Source: Macrostomum lignano
Lineage: Eukaryota
Direction: 5' to 3'
NCBI GenBank assembly: GCA_002269645.1
Contig: NIVC01002991.1
Coordinates: 1 to 64,000, forward strand
Length of the DNA: 64,000 nucleotides
The position numbers were made by a program, and so were the translations under genes. Below, in pieces: positions 12,401-26,230 of the stretch (within the stretch, counting starts at the first letter, position 1; each line of letters starts with the position of its first letter). The notes under the pieces are model-generated. The model was not told the DNA's origin. It saw only the letters and a program-made list of their open reading frames with translations, and ran no database searches.

Positions 12401-12437
12401 TGATTTGGGTCTGAAACCGTCAGATCCTACCCTGTAA
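3441..12437 (+). CDS. ACSS3: Acyl-CoA synthetase short-chain family member 3-like (propionyl/acetyl-CoA ligase), about 674 aa
   Basis: Exons 3441-3758, 4139-4865, 9441-9799, 11363-11890, 12345-12437 sum to 2025 nt. Motifs: YTSGTTGSPKG P-loop, WWQTETG, YYDTADAG, SRVDDVINVSGHRLS, LPKTRSGK. The Arg/Ser-rich N-terminus resembles a mitochondrial presequence. Confidence 0.92.
3870..4080 (+). repeat. 14-bp minisatellite (GTCACTTGCTCTTT)n in ACSS3 intron 1
   Basis: Direct tandem repeat that degenerates toward its 3' end. Confidence 0.95.
4871..5019 (+). repeat. 30-bp tandem repeat, about 5 copies, immediately after the ACSS3 intron 2 donor
   Basis: GTGGGCTGTTGACTGCTAGCCACCCTCAGT repeated. Confidence 0.95.
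5623..7534. mobile_element. Non-autonomous hAT element with an internal minisatellite
   Basis: Perfect 16-bp TIRs CAGGGGTCGGCAACCT (5623-5638) / AGGTTGCCGACCCCTG (7519-7534). 8-bp TSD CTCTACTC at 5615-5622 and 7535-7542. No transposase. Confidence 0.93.
5890..7440 (+). repeat. 28-30-bp G-rich minisatellite (GGGTAAAGACCCAGTGGGGCAGATACTGGA) inside the hAT element
   Basis: About 50 tandem units with several variant types. Confidence 0.97.
8110..9240 (+). repeat. CT-rich low-complexity array (CTCACTCTCC-like) with an internal higher-order duplication
   Basis: About 10-bp units. The block near 8340-8640 recurs near 8780-9080, and both give the same minus-strand peptide in the ORF track. Confidence 0.95.
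9862..10119. mobile_element. MITE with 14-bp TIRs (CATACATGCGCAAC), P-like CA...TG termini, containing a 28S rRNA fragment
   Basis: CATACATGCGCAAC at 9862-9875 and its perfect reverse complement at 10106-10119. The same terminus occurs at 60199-60212. No clear TSD is preserved in this copy. Confidence 0.75.
9971..10032 (+). pseudogene. 62-bp fragment of cytosolic 28S (LSU) rRNA, helix 69-71 / R2 target region
   Basis: GGTAAACGACAGGAGTAACTATGACTATCTTGTAAAGGCTAAATGCCTCGTCGTCTAATTAG aligns without gaps to the recalled conserved 28S sequence GGTAAACGGCGGGAGTAACTATGACTCTCTTAAGGTAGCCAAATGCCTCGTCATCTAATTAG at 51/62 positions. Confidence 0.85.
10180..10280 (-). mobile_element. 3' fragment of the SINE family (inverted copy)
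   Basis: Reverse complement matches 11221-11290 and 21288-21366 joined to 24585-24600 (GTGCTCAGGAGTCAGCGGAA...CCAGGGTGCCCGCAGC). Confidence 0.75.
10344..11290 (+). mobile_element. tRNA-derived SINE interrupted by a minisatellite array
   Basis: A-box-like CAGCTCAGCGGT (10351) and B-box GGTTCGATTCC (10394) at tRNA spacing. The body GTGTACATGCCTGACGATTAGACAGTCAGGGC recurs at 21190. The body resumes after the array at about 11207, followed by an AT-rich tail. Confidence 0.75.
10572..11206 (+). repeat. 32-bp minisatellite (TTCTTAGAAAGGGTATCAAAACAGCTGACGGA)n in ACSS3 intron 3
   Basis: About 20 units. Confidence 0.97.
11918..12262 (-). repeat. Inverted copy of the 32-bp minisatellite in ACSS3 intron 4
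   Basis: Units TTTCTAAGAATCCGTCAGCTGTTTTGATACC are the reverse complement of the intron 3 array, including the distal AATACCCAATTGTTTTAAT variant. Confidence 0.95.
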
Positions 12438-12529
12438 GTTTCATAATTCGCGTTACAAACATTCGATTTAATGTATGAATACTTTTAAACCGTTTTTTCG
12501 TTCATTTCCTAATTTGATCTTGTTTGTAC

Positions 12530-12960
12530 CAAATTGGGTCCTTCACATTGGGTCCTAGATCTGTACCAGATTGGGCCCTAGATCTGTACCAGATTGGGTC
12601 CTAGATCTGTACCAGATTGGGTCCTAGATCTGTACCAGATTGGGTCCTAGATCTGTACCAGATTGGGTCCTAGATCTGTACCAGATTGGGTCCTAGATCT
12701 GTACCAGATTGGGCCCTAGATCTGTACCAGATTGGGTCCTAGATCTGTACCAGATTGGGTCCTAGATCTGTACCAGATTGGGCCCTAGATATGCACTAGA
12801 TTGGGTCCTAGATCTGTACCAGATTGGGTCCTAGATCTGTACTGTACCAGATTGGGTCCTAGATCTGTACTGTACAAGAATGGGTCCTAGATCTGTACCA
12901 GATTGGGTCCTAGATCTGTACCACATTGGGTCCCATTTGTACCAGATTGGGTCCCATTTG
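12530..12960 (+). repeat. 23-bp minisatellite (TAGATCTGTACCAGATTGGGTCC)n downstream of the ACSS3 stop
   Basis: About 18 tandem units. Confidence 0.96.
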
Positions 12961-14329
12961 TACAAGATTTATCAAATATTTACTTCAATATTTACTCTCA
13001 GATGTGTATATTTATCAAAAATGATTTTTTTCCATTAAAAAACTCTCAGTGAACTTTCGCGTCACTTTTTCTGACTTTACAATTGCGACAATAAATTTGT
13101 TTTTCTTTTTCGCCCTATTTTTAGCGGAAATTCATGAGCTTTAGGGATTTGTAAAGTTTTAACGGTAAGCTGACACAGAGGCGCTTATTGGTAATTCAAA
13201 TTATTTCACTTTGTTTATCATTAAATCATTACATTCCGCTTTACGCTGGTGCTGGCTGCTTACAAGTAATACCTTTTAATAATATTATCCGGCGTAATTG
13301 CTTTCTAAATTTTACCTTATGGAAAACTTATGGAAATCATTATTAGCCTTGCCAGTCTATTTTGATTTTTTAGATAAATTTAGGTAAATCAATTTTGAGC
13401 TTAATAAATTTCTTAAAGCATAGTGAAAGCACTAAGGGTCGTTCAGTAATGCATTATAGAATATCGCTTCAAACAATGTAATCTGCTATGTTTATTAGCG
13501 AAAAAATGGTTATAATTCATTAAGTAGCTATTATTACCAATCATTAATCAAGTTTATTTGTAATTGCTGATTCATTATCCATAATATCCACTATTCGATA
13601 TACTTTTTAAAATAATTAAAAACTCGTGCCGATCAGTCTACTGCTAGTAGGCAGCTATCGAATTTTATTAAGTAAAAATCGAGTATGTTTCTTGGTAATA
13701 GTTTTCTATTTAGCCATTTTTTCGACCTTCGTCAATATTTTATCAAGAGAAAATTGTATTTTCTGGTTGCTGATATTTTGCCTTTTCTTTGTCTGTTTTT
13801 CACGGATCTCATTTGAGAGGCCTGTATGTAAAGAAGCTTACACCCCGAAACCTATGCTGAATATCTATGTACCAGATAGGGACCTGATTTAAATAAACAG
13901 TTTATAATTCTTTTTAACTGTCCTATTTTTCATATATTTTACCCTGTTGTAGGTTGCCAATAAGAATATTCTATTTGTCTGCCTAACACACATCCATGGT
14001 GCACCCTTGTAACCTTTATTATATGTATGATATTCCTTCTATTTTATATCACTAAATGCTGCTTAAACTGAAGAATTAACTGTTAGTGTTGCTATACATT
14101 ATTTTATGTATTGTATAAATTTTTAAGGTTCCTGTTTTTTTATCGATAATTATAATTGCAAGTCACTTTTAATAAGCATATACACATATATATATATTGA
14201 TGCCTTAGACAGTTATGCTGTCCTCATTTTGAGAACCTTTATTAATTGTTAAATAATTGCTTTTAATGGTGTTCTGGTAATAACTTAATTCTACTTAGGA
14301 ATATAGGTGCCAATTTTCTGGGTAACGGG

Positions 14330-15025
14330 ATTCTCTGGGACAGAATCTCAGGTTTTGGGGAATTCTCTGTGTGTAGGGGGAATTCTCTCGGATCTGAGAC
14401 AGAATCTCAGGTGATGGGAAATTCCCTCGGACAGAATCTCAGGTGATTGGAAATTCCCTCGGACAGAATCTCAGGTGATTGGAAATTCCATCGGACAGAA
14501 TCTCAGGTGATTGGAAATTCCATCGGACAGAATCTCAGGTGATTGGAAATTCCCTCGGACAGAATCTCAGGTGATTGGAAATTCCCTCGGACAGAATCTC
14601 AGGTGATTGGAAATTCCCTCAGACAGAATCTCAGGTGATTGGAAATTCCATCGGACAGAATCTCAGGTGATTGGAAATTCCATCGGACAGAATCTCAGGT
14701 GATTGGAAATTCCCTCGGACAGAATCTCAGGTGATTGGAAATTCCCTGGGACAGAATCTCAGGTGATGGGAAATTCCCTCAGACAGAATCTCAGGTGATT
14801 GGAAATTCCATCGGACAGAATCTCAGGTGATTGGAAATTCCATCGGACAGAATCTCAGGGTGTTGGGAAATTCTCTGGGACAGAATCTGAGGATGTTGGG
14901 GAATTCTCTGGGACAGAATCTGAGGGTGTTGGGGAATTCTCTGGGACAGAATCTGAGGATGTTGGGGAATTCTCTGGGACAGAATCTGAGGGTGTTGGGG
15001 AATTCTCTGGGACAGAATCTCAATA
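14330..15025 (+). repeat. 32/33-bp minisatellite (GGACAGAATCTCAGGTGATTGGAAATTCCCTC)n
   Basis: The unit switches from a 32-bp to a 33-bp variant near 14860. Confidence 0.96.
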
Positions 15026-15628
15026 ATGAGCCGTTTAAGAAGGCCAGTTTTTGAACGGGTTTTCTCAGTCCCAAATGTTTGGCCTGTAATTTCGCTATGT
15101 ATGACCAACTGAATCGGTGCATGCAAAACTGCTTGTGGGGCTGTACCTGTCGCCCCCCCGCAGAATTAGCAGTTAATTATCTATTCATCGGGCATTCCTT
15201 TTGATAAAATTAGAACAGGTCGTATAGGATAAAATTTATCGTGAGTTTATGGCGCCTGTCACGCAATTGGAGATGGTCCATTGGATTTGTACAAGTGTAT
15301 AACAGGTGGCTGTGGCCCGACGTGCGCCAGCAATTATCTAGCTAATGTCAGCGGGAGACTTCAGTCAGTGGGCGCTTTGGAACATTTCAATTATAAATGA
15401 GCAAGATTGTTGAAGTGAGCCAGATTTTCCTTATGGCAACTAGTTTAGATCTCAACTAGAGCAGCTGTTACTCTGCATGTCGATCAATTTCCTCTATTAA
15501 TAACCTGAGTAGATATTTATTGATTTCGCTTAAATTCAAAACGGATTTTTCTGTAGATTAGTTCAACTTATTGGAATTTTATTGTATCAAAGTTTTATTA
15601 CTTCAAAGTTAACAAAACCTACCGGAGA

Positions 15629-16678
15629 ATTGACAAGCCTGAGATCTCACCCGCTAGAGAATTGACAAGCGTGAGGTCTCACCCGCTAGAGAATTGACAA
15701 GCGTGAGGTCTCACCCGCTAGAGAATTGACAAGCGTGAGGTCTCACCCGCTAGAGAATTGACAAGCGTGAGATCTCACCCGCTAGAGAATTGACAAGCGT
15801 GAGGTCTCACCCGCTAGAGAATTGACAAGCGTGAGATCTCACCAGCTAGAGAATTGACAAGCGTGGGGCCTCACTGCAGCTAGAGAATTGACAAGCGTGA
15901 GATCTCACCAGCTAGAGAATTGACAAGCGTGAGATCTCACCAGCTAGAGAATTGACAAGCGTGAGGTCTCACCAGCTAGAGAATTGACAAGCGTGAGGTC
16001 TCACCCGCTAAAGAATTGATAAGCGTGAGATCTCACCAGCTAGAGAATTGACAAGCGTGAGGTCTCACCCGCTAGAGAATTGACAAGCGTGAGATCTCAC
16101 CCGCTAGAGAATTGACAAGCGTGAGATCTCACCCGCTAGAGAATTGACAAGCGTGGGGTCTCACTGCAGCTAGAGAATTGACAAGCGTGAGATCTCACCC
16201 ACTAGAAAATTGACAAGCGTGAGATCTCACCCCCTAGAGAATTGACAAGCGTGGGGCCTCACTGCAGCTAGAGAATTGACAAGCGTGAGGTCTCACTGCA
16301 GCTAGAGAATTGACAAGCGTGAGATCTCACCCGCTAGAGAATTGACAAGCGTGAGATCTCACCAGCTAGAGAATTGACAAGCGTGAGGTCTCACCCGCTA
16401 GAGAATTGACAAGCGTGAGGTCTCACCCGCTAGAGAATTGACAAGCGTGAGATCTCACCAGCTAGAGAATTGACAAGCGTGAGATCTCACCAGCTAGAGA
16501 ATTGACAAGCGTGAGATCTCACCAGCTAGAGAATTGACAAGCGTGAGGTCTCACCAGCTAGAGAATTGACAAGCGTGAGATCTCACCCGCTAGAGAATTG
16601 ACAAGCGTGAGGTCTCACCAGCTAGAGAATTGACAAGCGTGAGATCTCACCAGCTAGAGAATTGACAAGCGTGAGATC
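15629..16678 (+). repeat. 32-bp minisatellite (GCTAGAGAATTGACAAGCGTGAGATCTCACCC)n upstream of HMX
   Basis: About 33 units, ending about 230 bp before the HMX ATG. Confidence 0.97.
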
Positions 16679-16907
16679 TGGCTTGCACAATGGGCAATGA
16701 GCATTAAATGGATACATTCTGATGAAGCTGAATTTCCCATGCTTCTCATCCAGGCCCTTTCTTGCTCACCAGCCAATCAGCTGGCTCAATCATTGACTTG
16801 CGACAAAATCCAACTCCTCATTATCATGAAGCGGACGACTATTAATTGAACTTCAAAGCTCTGTTAGCTTGCACAGGTTTGCACAGGTTTAAAAAGTAAT
16901 AAAAGTA

Positions 16908-19670
<2,763 letters not shown>

Positions 19671-19780
19671 AACTACATGGGCCTCTGGCGGCTGGCTCCT
19701 GGTCCGGAATAACTACAGCAACTATGCATATAGCAGCAAGGTCTTCCCCCCAGGCGCTCCTGGTTAGGCTGACCCTTGGA

Positions 19781-20134
19781 CATCGATTGAAGCACACCTG
19801 TACCAACATTCGTGTCCCATAAGGCATCGATTGAAGCACACCTGTACCAATATTCGTGTCCCATAAGACATCGATTGAAGCACACCTGTACCAATATTCG
19901 TGTCCCATAAGACATCGATTGAAGCACACCTGTACCAATATTCGTGTCCCATAAGGCATCGATTGAAGCACACCTGTACCAATATTCGTGTCCTATAAGG
20001 CATCGATTGAAGCACACCTGTACCAATATTCGTGTCCCATAAGGCATCGATTGAAGCACACCTGTACCAATATTCGTGTCCCATAAGGCATCGATTGAAG
20101 CACACCTGTACCAATATTCGTGTCCCATAAGGCA
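19781..20134 (+). repeat. 44-bp minisatellite 3' of HMX
   Basis: CATCGATTGAAGCACACCTGTACCAATATTCGTGTCCCATAAGG, 8 copies. Confidence 0.97.
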
Positions 20135-21189
20135 TCCATTTTGAGTTCATACCAATTAAACATCTATTTTCATCAATATGCATCACAGGTGGTACATCTA
20201 TCATTTAGACACGCTTAGTCGATGTTTAGCTATTTAGAGACCTGCATGGACTTCTTTAGCTACCAATTAATTTGACGCAAATTTTTTTAGAAATTAGAAT
20301 TTTCAGTGGCTTATATTAGCAGTTGGGCTACTCATTGACTAATATCCTGCGAATTTTTTAGCTTATAACACTGTCTGTTTGAAACTTATTGTTTTTGTTT
20401 ATCTGTTTAAACTCTAACTAATCAAAACAGTTGGAATAACTGTTAGACAAAACCTGCAAATTGCAACATACAATAATTGATCATCTATCTGCTTTCTGCA
20501 TGCTAATTTTCCCATAAATAGCAGATTAAATACATGCGATATCATACTACAGAATATTAGTGAATACTCGAGCTATGCTCTATTGTAAAGCTTCTTTACT
20601 AAGTATTTATTTAATAATTGCAGCCATGAGCTACAGGGCAAGCTTATGCTCGGTTAAATATTATAAATAATAATGACTCACCCAAACCAGTTATATTCCC
20701 AATCCTTAGTCGTTTATGGATCCTCAAATTCTTCATCCCCCTTACCTTAACGCCACTAGGCACTAATCGTTTTCGCTCTGCTCACAGGTGTTACACAGCA
20801 TTTGATGAGGATTTAAGTGAGAAGAGAATCGAGTCACCGGGCCTAAGCAGGGGGGGGGGGTTGCTCAGCCATGGCTTGGTAGCAATAGGATCTCAAGCAA
20901 CTGCTCAGCACGGAGACGGGACAAATGGGTATCTAGAGTTTCGCCATTGGCTTTATCCAACCTCACCCTGAGCAGGCGGCAGCTTCCCCGTTCCCAGCAA
21001 GGTGGGTGCTAATTGCTATATATTTATATTCGAGCGCACTGTGTTTTCAGTGGAAGGCGGGAACAAAAAAAATAATTGCTTTTGCAAAATGCCTCGGGTA
21101 GGACTGGATGTGATTGGCAAAGCTATGTGCGACGAGATGAATTGGGGGATTTCAACTGGGAAGGGAACAATTTTGCGTGTGGGACGTCA

Positions 21190-21366
21190 GTGTACATGCC
21201 TGAAGATTAGACAGTCAGGGCCGCTGTACACTCCGTGTGTCACCTTGAGTATGAGTGCTGTGCCTGAGTACAGTACTGGCGCGCTTGTGTGCTCAGGACT
21301 CATCGGAATGGGCTGAGTTGCCGTTAGGGCTGCTTGTGTGGCGATGTCGCCGTGGGCATTGCGCCA
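21190..21366 (+). mobile_element. SINE-family copy split by the Chapaev-like transposon (continues at 24585-24600)
   Basis: Matches the SINE body at 10490-10571/11207-11290 and the inverted copy at 10180-10280. Confidence 0.75.
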
Positions 21367-24300
21367 CACAGGTAGGAGGAATTCAAGTTAAATGCAAAAA
21401 AATTGCCCATAATCGGTTTTTTGTTCATGGGATAGAATTTGTACCCCTGATTCTAAAATGACCTCCCATGAAATCCTAACTGATTGGGTTCGCGAGATAT
21501 GCTCATAATTAAGTTTTTACCATAGATATGAGGCAGTCCAACAAGCAAAACTCGCCATTCAAGGATAAGTTGAATGTATTTTGTCCAAAACAGTTCTCAC
21601 CACTGTGAATTCAATTTGTAGTGTGCAATAGTTCAGGCACTATTTCAAAATATATATTTTAATTTAAACAGTGAATCAGCAAATTAATAATTATTATCAT
21701 TATTTACCTATAGAATTTTTAAGATAATGGCTAATCTTTCTAAGTCTAAACCAAAACAGAAAACTGTAATGCAATAGATATTGAGCTGTAAATTCAAATA
21801 GATTGTCATTGAGCATTTTTAGTTTTACAAGCAATTACAAATGACAGCTATTATATTGTACCGTGGCCTGTAGAAGCTGTTGTCCCATCGCTGGGTCACC
21901 ACTCCGGCGCTTAAAGTTTTGCCATACTTTACTGAAATCATGGTGAGCACTTTCACCAGCCTGCTCAGAAAATGTGCCCAGGCCTTTGCCATGCAGTCTG
22001 CAAAACTCGACCACATGGACGAACACGCAGTGAACTTTTGGTGTCACTCTAATAGGTAGCTTGCAGTAGGACTCTCGAAACTGCTGAATCAGCTGTTCAT
22101 ATTCAGGCTGTAGCTTCTCCCCAAAGCAAGCGTGTACCACTTCACGGAAGCATTGAAGGGCTTCACCAAACTGCTTCAGCCGCTCAGGCAGGATGCTCGT
22201 CAGTTCATCAGCAAGTTGCAGGATTGCGTGGCACTGGTTGCCCTCGAATGATCCTCCGCGATAGTCAGCGCGCCCGATGTTATGGCTTGCAGCCCAGCTG
22301 AGTACATGACCTCCGTCAGCTTCAAGCGAGTCGACGATCTTGTTAACAGCTCCAATGAGAAGATGCAGCTCAGGTGGGGGCAGCTTGTTGAGTATCGGCT
22401 CATCTTCTCCACCAGACAAAAGGGGTTTGTTAACACAGCTTTTAAAAAGTTTGGCCGATCGCAAATCATTGCCTGCTTCGGAAAAGGCAGCTGCATTCTT
22501 TGTTACACTGCCAAATGTGCGCGTCAGACCATCCGCAGCGAATGGAGCCTTTGCCTCGCACCATGTACATGGGTACATTGCCGCGTGATTCTGCAAGCCA
22601 ATCACTATGTTGGCAAGCTTGAGATCACAAGCAACAGTAAACGAAATCGCCTGTAGATTCAGAGAGTCCAGTAGTAGTTTTACGTTGAGATAAGTCTCAC
22701 TAACATCAGGAGCAATAGCGATGATCATTAATTTTTTAACACCAGAGTTGAGAAACTGGCGGCTGCAGGCTAACTTCTTTACTGGCGATGCTGCAGGCTC
22801 AGACTCACCGGTCACAGTCAGCACAACTTTCAGAGAGCCTCCTCCGCCATCAATTCCAATCTTGACAAAGCTGTTCTCGATGCCACGCTCGGTGCAAATA
22901 TGATTTAGCAAACCTTGAAGATCGGAGCAGATCACGGCTGGCCTTGGTCCCGAAACCTCCTGAGTCTGTCCAGATGAACGTATGAATGGCAGCTGAACTA
23001 ACGCGAAGAAGCTTGTTAGGCAGCGGCCTCTCTTCTGCAGCTCTTCACGAAGGTTAGGCTCGATCACATGCCGGCCTGCACCTAACCTAAGAATGCTGGC
23101 CAGCTTTAGAGTCTGCTTGCTGCTTAAACTAAGGCCGACTTTCAAAGCCGAAATTGTTTCGTGGCTTATATGTCCTTTCCTAGAAACACTTGTTATAGGT
23201 TCAGCGGCTGAGCTAGAGGCTACCTTGACTCGAAGAGGTTTACCAGCAGTTTGACTTAGTACAATACCACCTGCTGCAGCCTCATTACACTCCTTGATGA
23301 CTGAGCTAGCCAGCTGGTGCTTGGTAAGAGGAGATATTTTGTCTCGCAAATTCTTTAATTTGGTTGTTTTATTGCAGCGATGCTCCAGGCCGGGTCCGAT
23401 CCGTGACATGCAATGCGAGCAGAGTTTTTGAATCGCAGTAGCCTCTGCCACAGCAGGACGACCTCGGCCTGCTGGTGGACCTGTGGCCAAGTATTTGGTG
23501 TCTGGCACTGCACTGCTGCTCCTGTGTGAGCTGGCCAAGCTACACAGCTCACAGTTGCAGTCAGGGTTGCCACGAGTTGAAGGCGGCAGAGACTGAAGGT
23601 CGGTAACTATCTGGTCATACGCCAGTAGGACTGGAATAGGTCGCGAATCTGGGCAGGACAAAGACGAAAGCTTCCTTCTGCAGCCGTCACATATGCCAGA
23701 TGGAAGATATTGTCTTTCTACCTTGAAGCCTTCGTACACTGTAGATTGAATTAGTTCAATCTGATGCTCCGTCAAAGGGCGATGCGCTCTTCGAAGACAC
23801 ATGGCACACAGTGCCTGGAGATTTTCTTCGTGGTTTCTTTTCTTTGGCATTGTAGTTGATGAGTAAAAACAAGAAATTTGTTTGGACAGTTGATCAATTG
23901 AAACAAAATATTCTAAAATGCTCTAAATACTCATTTACATCACCATAAATTGAGCAACTGCTCATGATTTAGGTATAAAGGGATCGATAAAAAATAATGT
24001 GCAAATCGTGTGTGTGATCACAAGCGAAATTTTGCCTTTTGCCGTTTAATGGTGGCGGGTTGAATGTACATATTTTTATCGATTATACGTCAGGTGATTT
24101 TATTGCATATTTCATGATCGTGGTGGTAAATAGACTTAGAAGACTGTACAATACTTGTTATCTTCTCTAATTTAGAGAATCAAACTTATTTATATAGAAG
24201 AGGCCAATTCTTTACGCTAAGAATGTACAGCATAGCATCAGTTGTAACATCGCACACTTAACAAAGTTGCCTTGAGTTTTTTGTTTTGTTTTACCCTACA

Positions 24301-24584
24301 AAAAGGATGATTAAACATACATGCACTCAATACAAATTGAATACACAGTGGTGAGAACTGTTTTGGAAAAAATACATTAAACTTATCCTTGAATGGCGAG
24401 TTTTGCTTGTTGGACTGCCTCATATCTATGGTAAAAACTTAATTATGAGCATATCTCGCGAACCCAATCAGTTAGGATTTCATGGGAGGTCATTTTAGAA
24501 TCAGGGGTAAAAATTCTATCCCATGAGCAAAAAACCGATTATGGGCAATTTTTTTGCATTTAACTTGAATTCCTCCTACCTGTG
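21367..24584 (-). mobile_element. Full-length DNA transposon (3218 bp), Chapaev-like, with a RAG1/Transib-fold transposase
   Basis: 254-bp TIRs (21367-21620 and 24331-24584, about 5 mismatches by eye), CACAGG...CCTGTG termini, 4-bp TSD GCCA (21363-21366 and 24585-24588), and a single intact ORF. Confidence 0.93.
21835..23850 (-). CDS. 671-aa DDE transposase with N-terminal zinc-binding motifs
   Basis: H-x7-CxxC...CxxC N-terminus, CxCxxC, AT-hook-like GRGRP, CxxC...HxC. Core motifs GIDGGGGSLK (D), CDLK (D), YPCTWC, PPELHLLIG, FEGNQC, PKVHCVFVHV, FSEQAGESAH (E) parallel the RAG1/Transib/Chapaev motifs. Confidence 0.9.
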   Translation of the reverse strand: MPKKRNHEENLQALCAMCLRRAHRPLTEHQIELIQSTVYEGFKVERQYLPSGICDGCRRKLSSLSCPDSRPIPVLLAYDQIVTDLQSLPPSTRGNPDCNCELCSLASSHRSSSAVPDTKYLATGPPAGRGRPAVAEATAIQKLCSHCMSRIGPGLEHRCNKTTKLKNLRDKISPLTKHQLASSVIKECNEAAAGGIVLSQTAGKPLRVKVASSSAAEPITSVSRKGHISHETISALKVGLSLSSKQTLKLASILRLGAGRHVIEPNLREELQKRGRCLTSFFALVQLPFIRSSGQTQEVSGPRPAVICSDLQGLLNHICTERGIENSFVKIGIDGGGGSLKVVLTVTGESEPAASPVKKLACSRQFLNSGVKKLMIIAIAPDVSETYLNVKLLLDSLNLQAISFTVACDLKLANIVIGLQNHAAMYPCTWCEAKAPFAADGLTRTFGSVTKNAAAFSEAGNDLRSAKLFKSCVNKPLLSGGEDEPILNKLPPPELHLLIGAVNKIVDSLEADGGHVLSWAASHNIGRADYRGGSFEGNQCHAILQLADELTSILPERLKQFGEALQCFREVVHACFGEKLQPEYEQLIQQFRESYCKLPIRVTPKVHCVFVHVVEFCRLHGKGLGTFSEQAGESAHHDFSKVWQNFKRRSGDPAMGQQLLQATVQYNSCHL

Positions 24585-24825
24585 GCCAGGGTGCCCGCAG
24601 CTTTGGACCCTTATAGTTACTCATTGAGAACTCATTCCGGCTTGGCGAGAAAGTCACTAAAATCGAAAATAATAGTAAAAGAATAATAACAGAATAGCTC
24701 TGACAGCATAACCAACAAAAATGATTAACTACAACACAATGAGTTCACAATAAGCAGAGTCGCATTTTGATACAAGCAATAATGGTCCACGAATGCCTAC
24801 TTATGGGCCAAACAACAATTTCTTA

Positions 24826-24839
24826 GTTACCATGGCAAC
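24826..24839. promoter_or_regulatory. RFX X-box consensus match
   Basis: GTTACCATGGCAAC fits GTNRCC(N0-3)RGYAAC. Target gene unknown. Confidence 0.4.
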
Positions 24840-25979
24840 AAGAAGAATAAAATGCACAGTCCTTGGCGAGCCTGACTCCCGCAAAAAAAGATGACTTTAA
24901 ACAGACTCTAACAAAAATTTCTATACAATGGGACTGGTCCACTATCGATTCCTAATCCGGAGCAATAAACGCGCGTGAATGAATCCGAGAGGCCACTAAA
25001 TGGAAAAGCTATCAGATTGATCGACTCTGAATAGGCTGGGAGCTTTTCAGAGTCCCATTTGTGAGTTGCCGAATTAACAATTGAAGCTGGCCAACATTGA
25101 ATTGCTTCAAATAGCTGCATGCACCCCCTCCCCCCTATTTTCTCATTCGAACTAGCTGCATCTCAATTTTCTTCTTCATCTCCTATAGGAAGCCAATCGG
25201 CTTACAGCCTCTTGAAAATGTATATACATTTTATTTACGTTTGCTTGAACGCCCAGTGGCCCTGGAAATCCCCAATGGGAGTTGCAGCGGAGGCTGGGAT
25301 AGTCGCTTGATCCATTCTTTAAGCGCCGCCGCTGTTGTTGGGTTTTGGGAAAATGGGGGGGGGGATAATCGACGAAGATAGAGAGTAGGGTGGGGGGCCA
25401 CTTTAAATTGCATTTATTTCGCGTTCAAAAGGGCCTCCCTGGGGAGCCGGGCGCGCCGGGCTCCAAAAGGGAGTCGGGGGGCTGCGAGTGGCGCAGAATT
25501 AGCAATTAACGTCTTGGGAGTCCATAAAGGCGACTGGCTTATTTTTATCCCCGCTTCCCCTGTCGGCAGCTCCTCTTTGGCTGAGCCCCTTTTTCTAGTT
25601 TTGAATAATGCACGCGGGATTTAATAATGCCCGGGCGATTCAAAATTTTGCCCCGCCTTTCCCAGCCTCCGCTGGCTCAGACTCTCCAGCCCCATCATAT
25701 TGCTCGAGCTCAGGCATCGAGCTTTGCTCACTGATTCGGCTTTGTGGCACCCAGGATGCGACTCGTATATAATCTCTTAGAGTTGGGCGAAAAATATCTC
25801 TTATCAATGCCCTGGATTTAAGTAATTATTCTGTTGAAAATCATTGGGCGGCCGAATCCTCACTTCTTCGTGATTATTTTATTTATTTCACCAAAAAGCA
25901 TTTAACATTGTCTTGGATCAAGCGTTGATCCGTTTGTTTTCGGCTTTATCAAGCCGTTCTGTCATGCAGACACAATGAT

Positions 25980-26230
25980 GGCTTAGATCGAAATGGATTT
26001 TCCTGCGTTATTCTGGGTCTTTAGAGTGTGCTTGGGTCATGCAGAGCACTGGCTTAGATCGAAATGGATTTTCCTGCGTTATTCTGGTCTTTAGAGTGTG
26101 CTTGGGTCATGCAGAGCACTGGCTTAGATCGAAATGGATTTTCCGGTGTTATTCTGTTCTCTAGCGTGTCCTTGAGTCATGCAGAACATTAGCTTGGATA
26201 GCAATTGAGTGTCTTCTATTGTTAGTCTGT
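25980..26230 (+). repeat. About 70-bp tandem triplication
   Basis: GGCTTAGATCGAAATGGATTTTCC... starts at 25980, 26051 and 26121, with a decayed fourth copy. Confidence 0.9.

Noticed and set aside
24344-24350. CACAGTG (RSS heptamer) at the inner end of the transposon TIR
   Set aside because: It points outward, is not at the terminus, and has no nonamer at 12 or 23 bp; likely chance.
21367-24584. ProtoRAG-type RAG1+RAG2 element
   Set aside because: There is no room or ORF for a RAG2-like gene, and the TSD is 4 bp rather than 5 bp.
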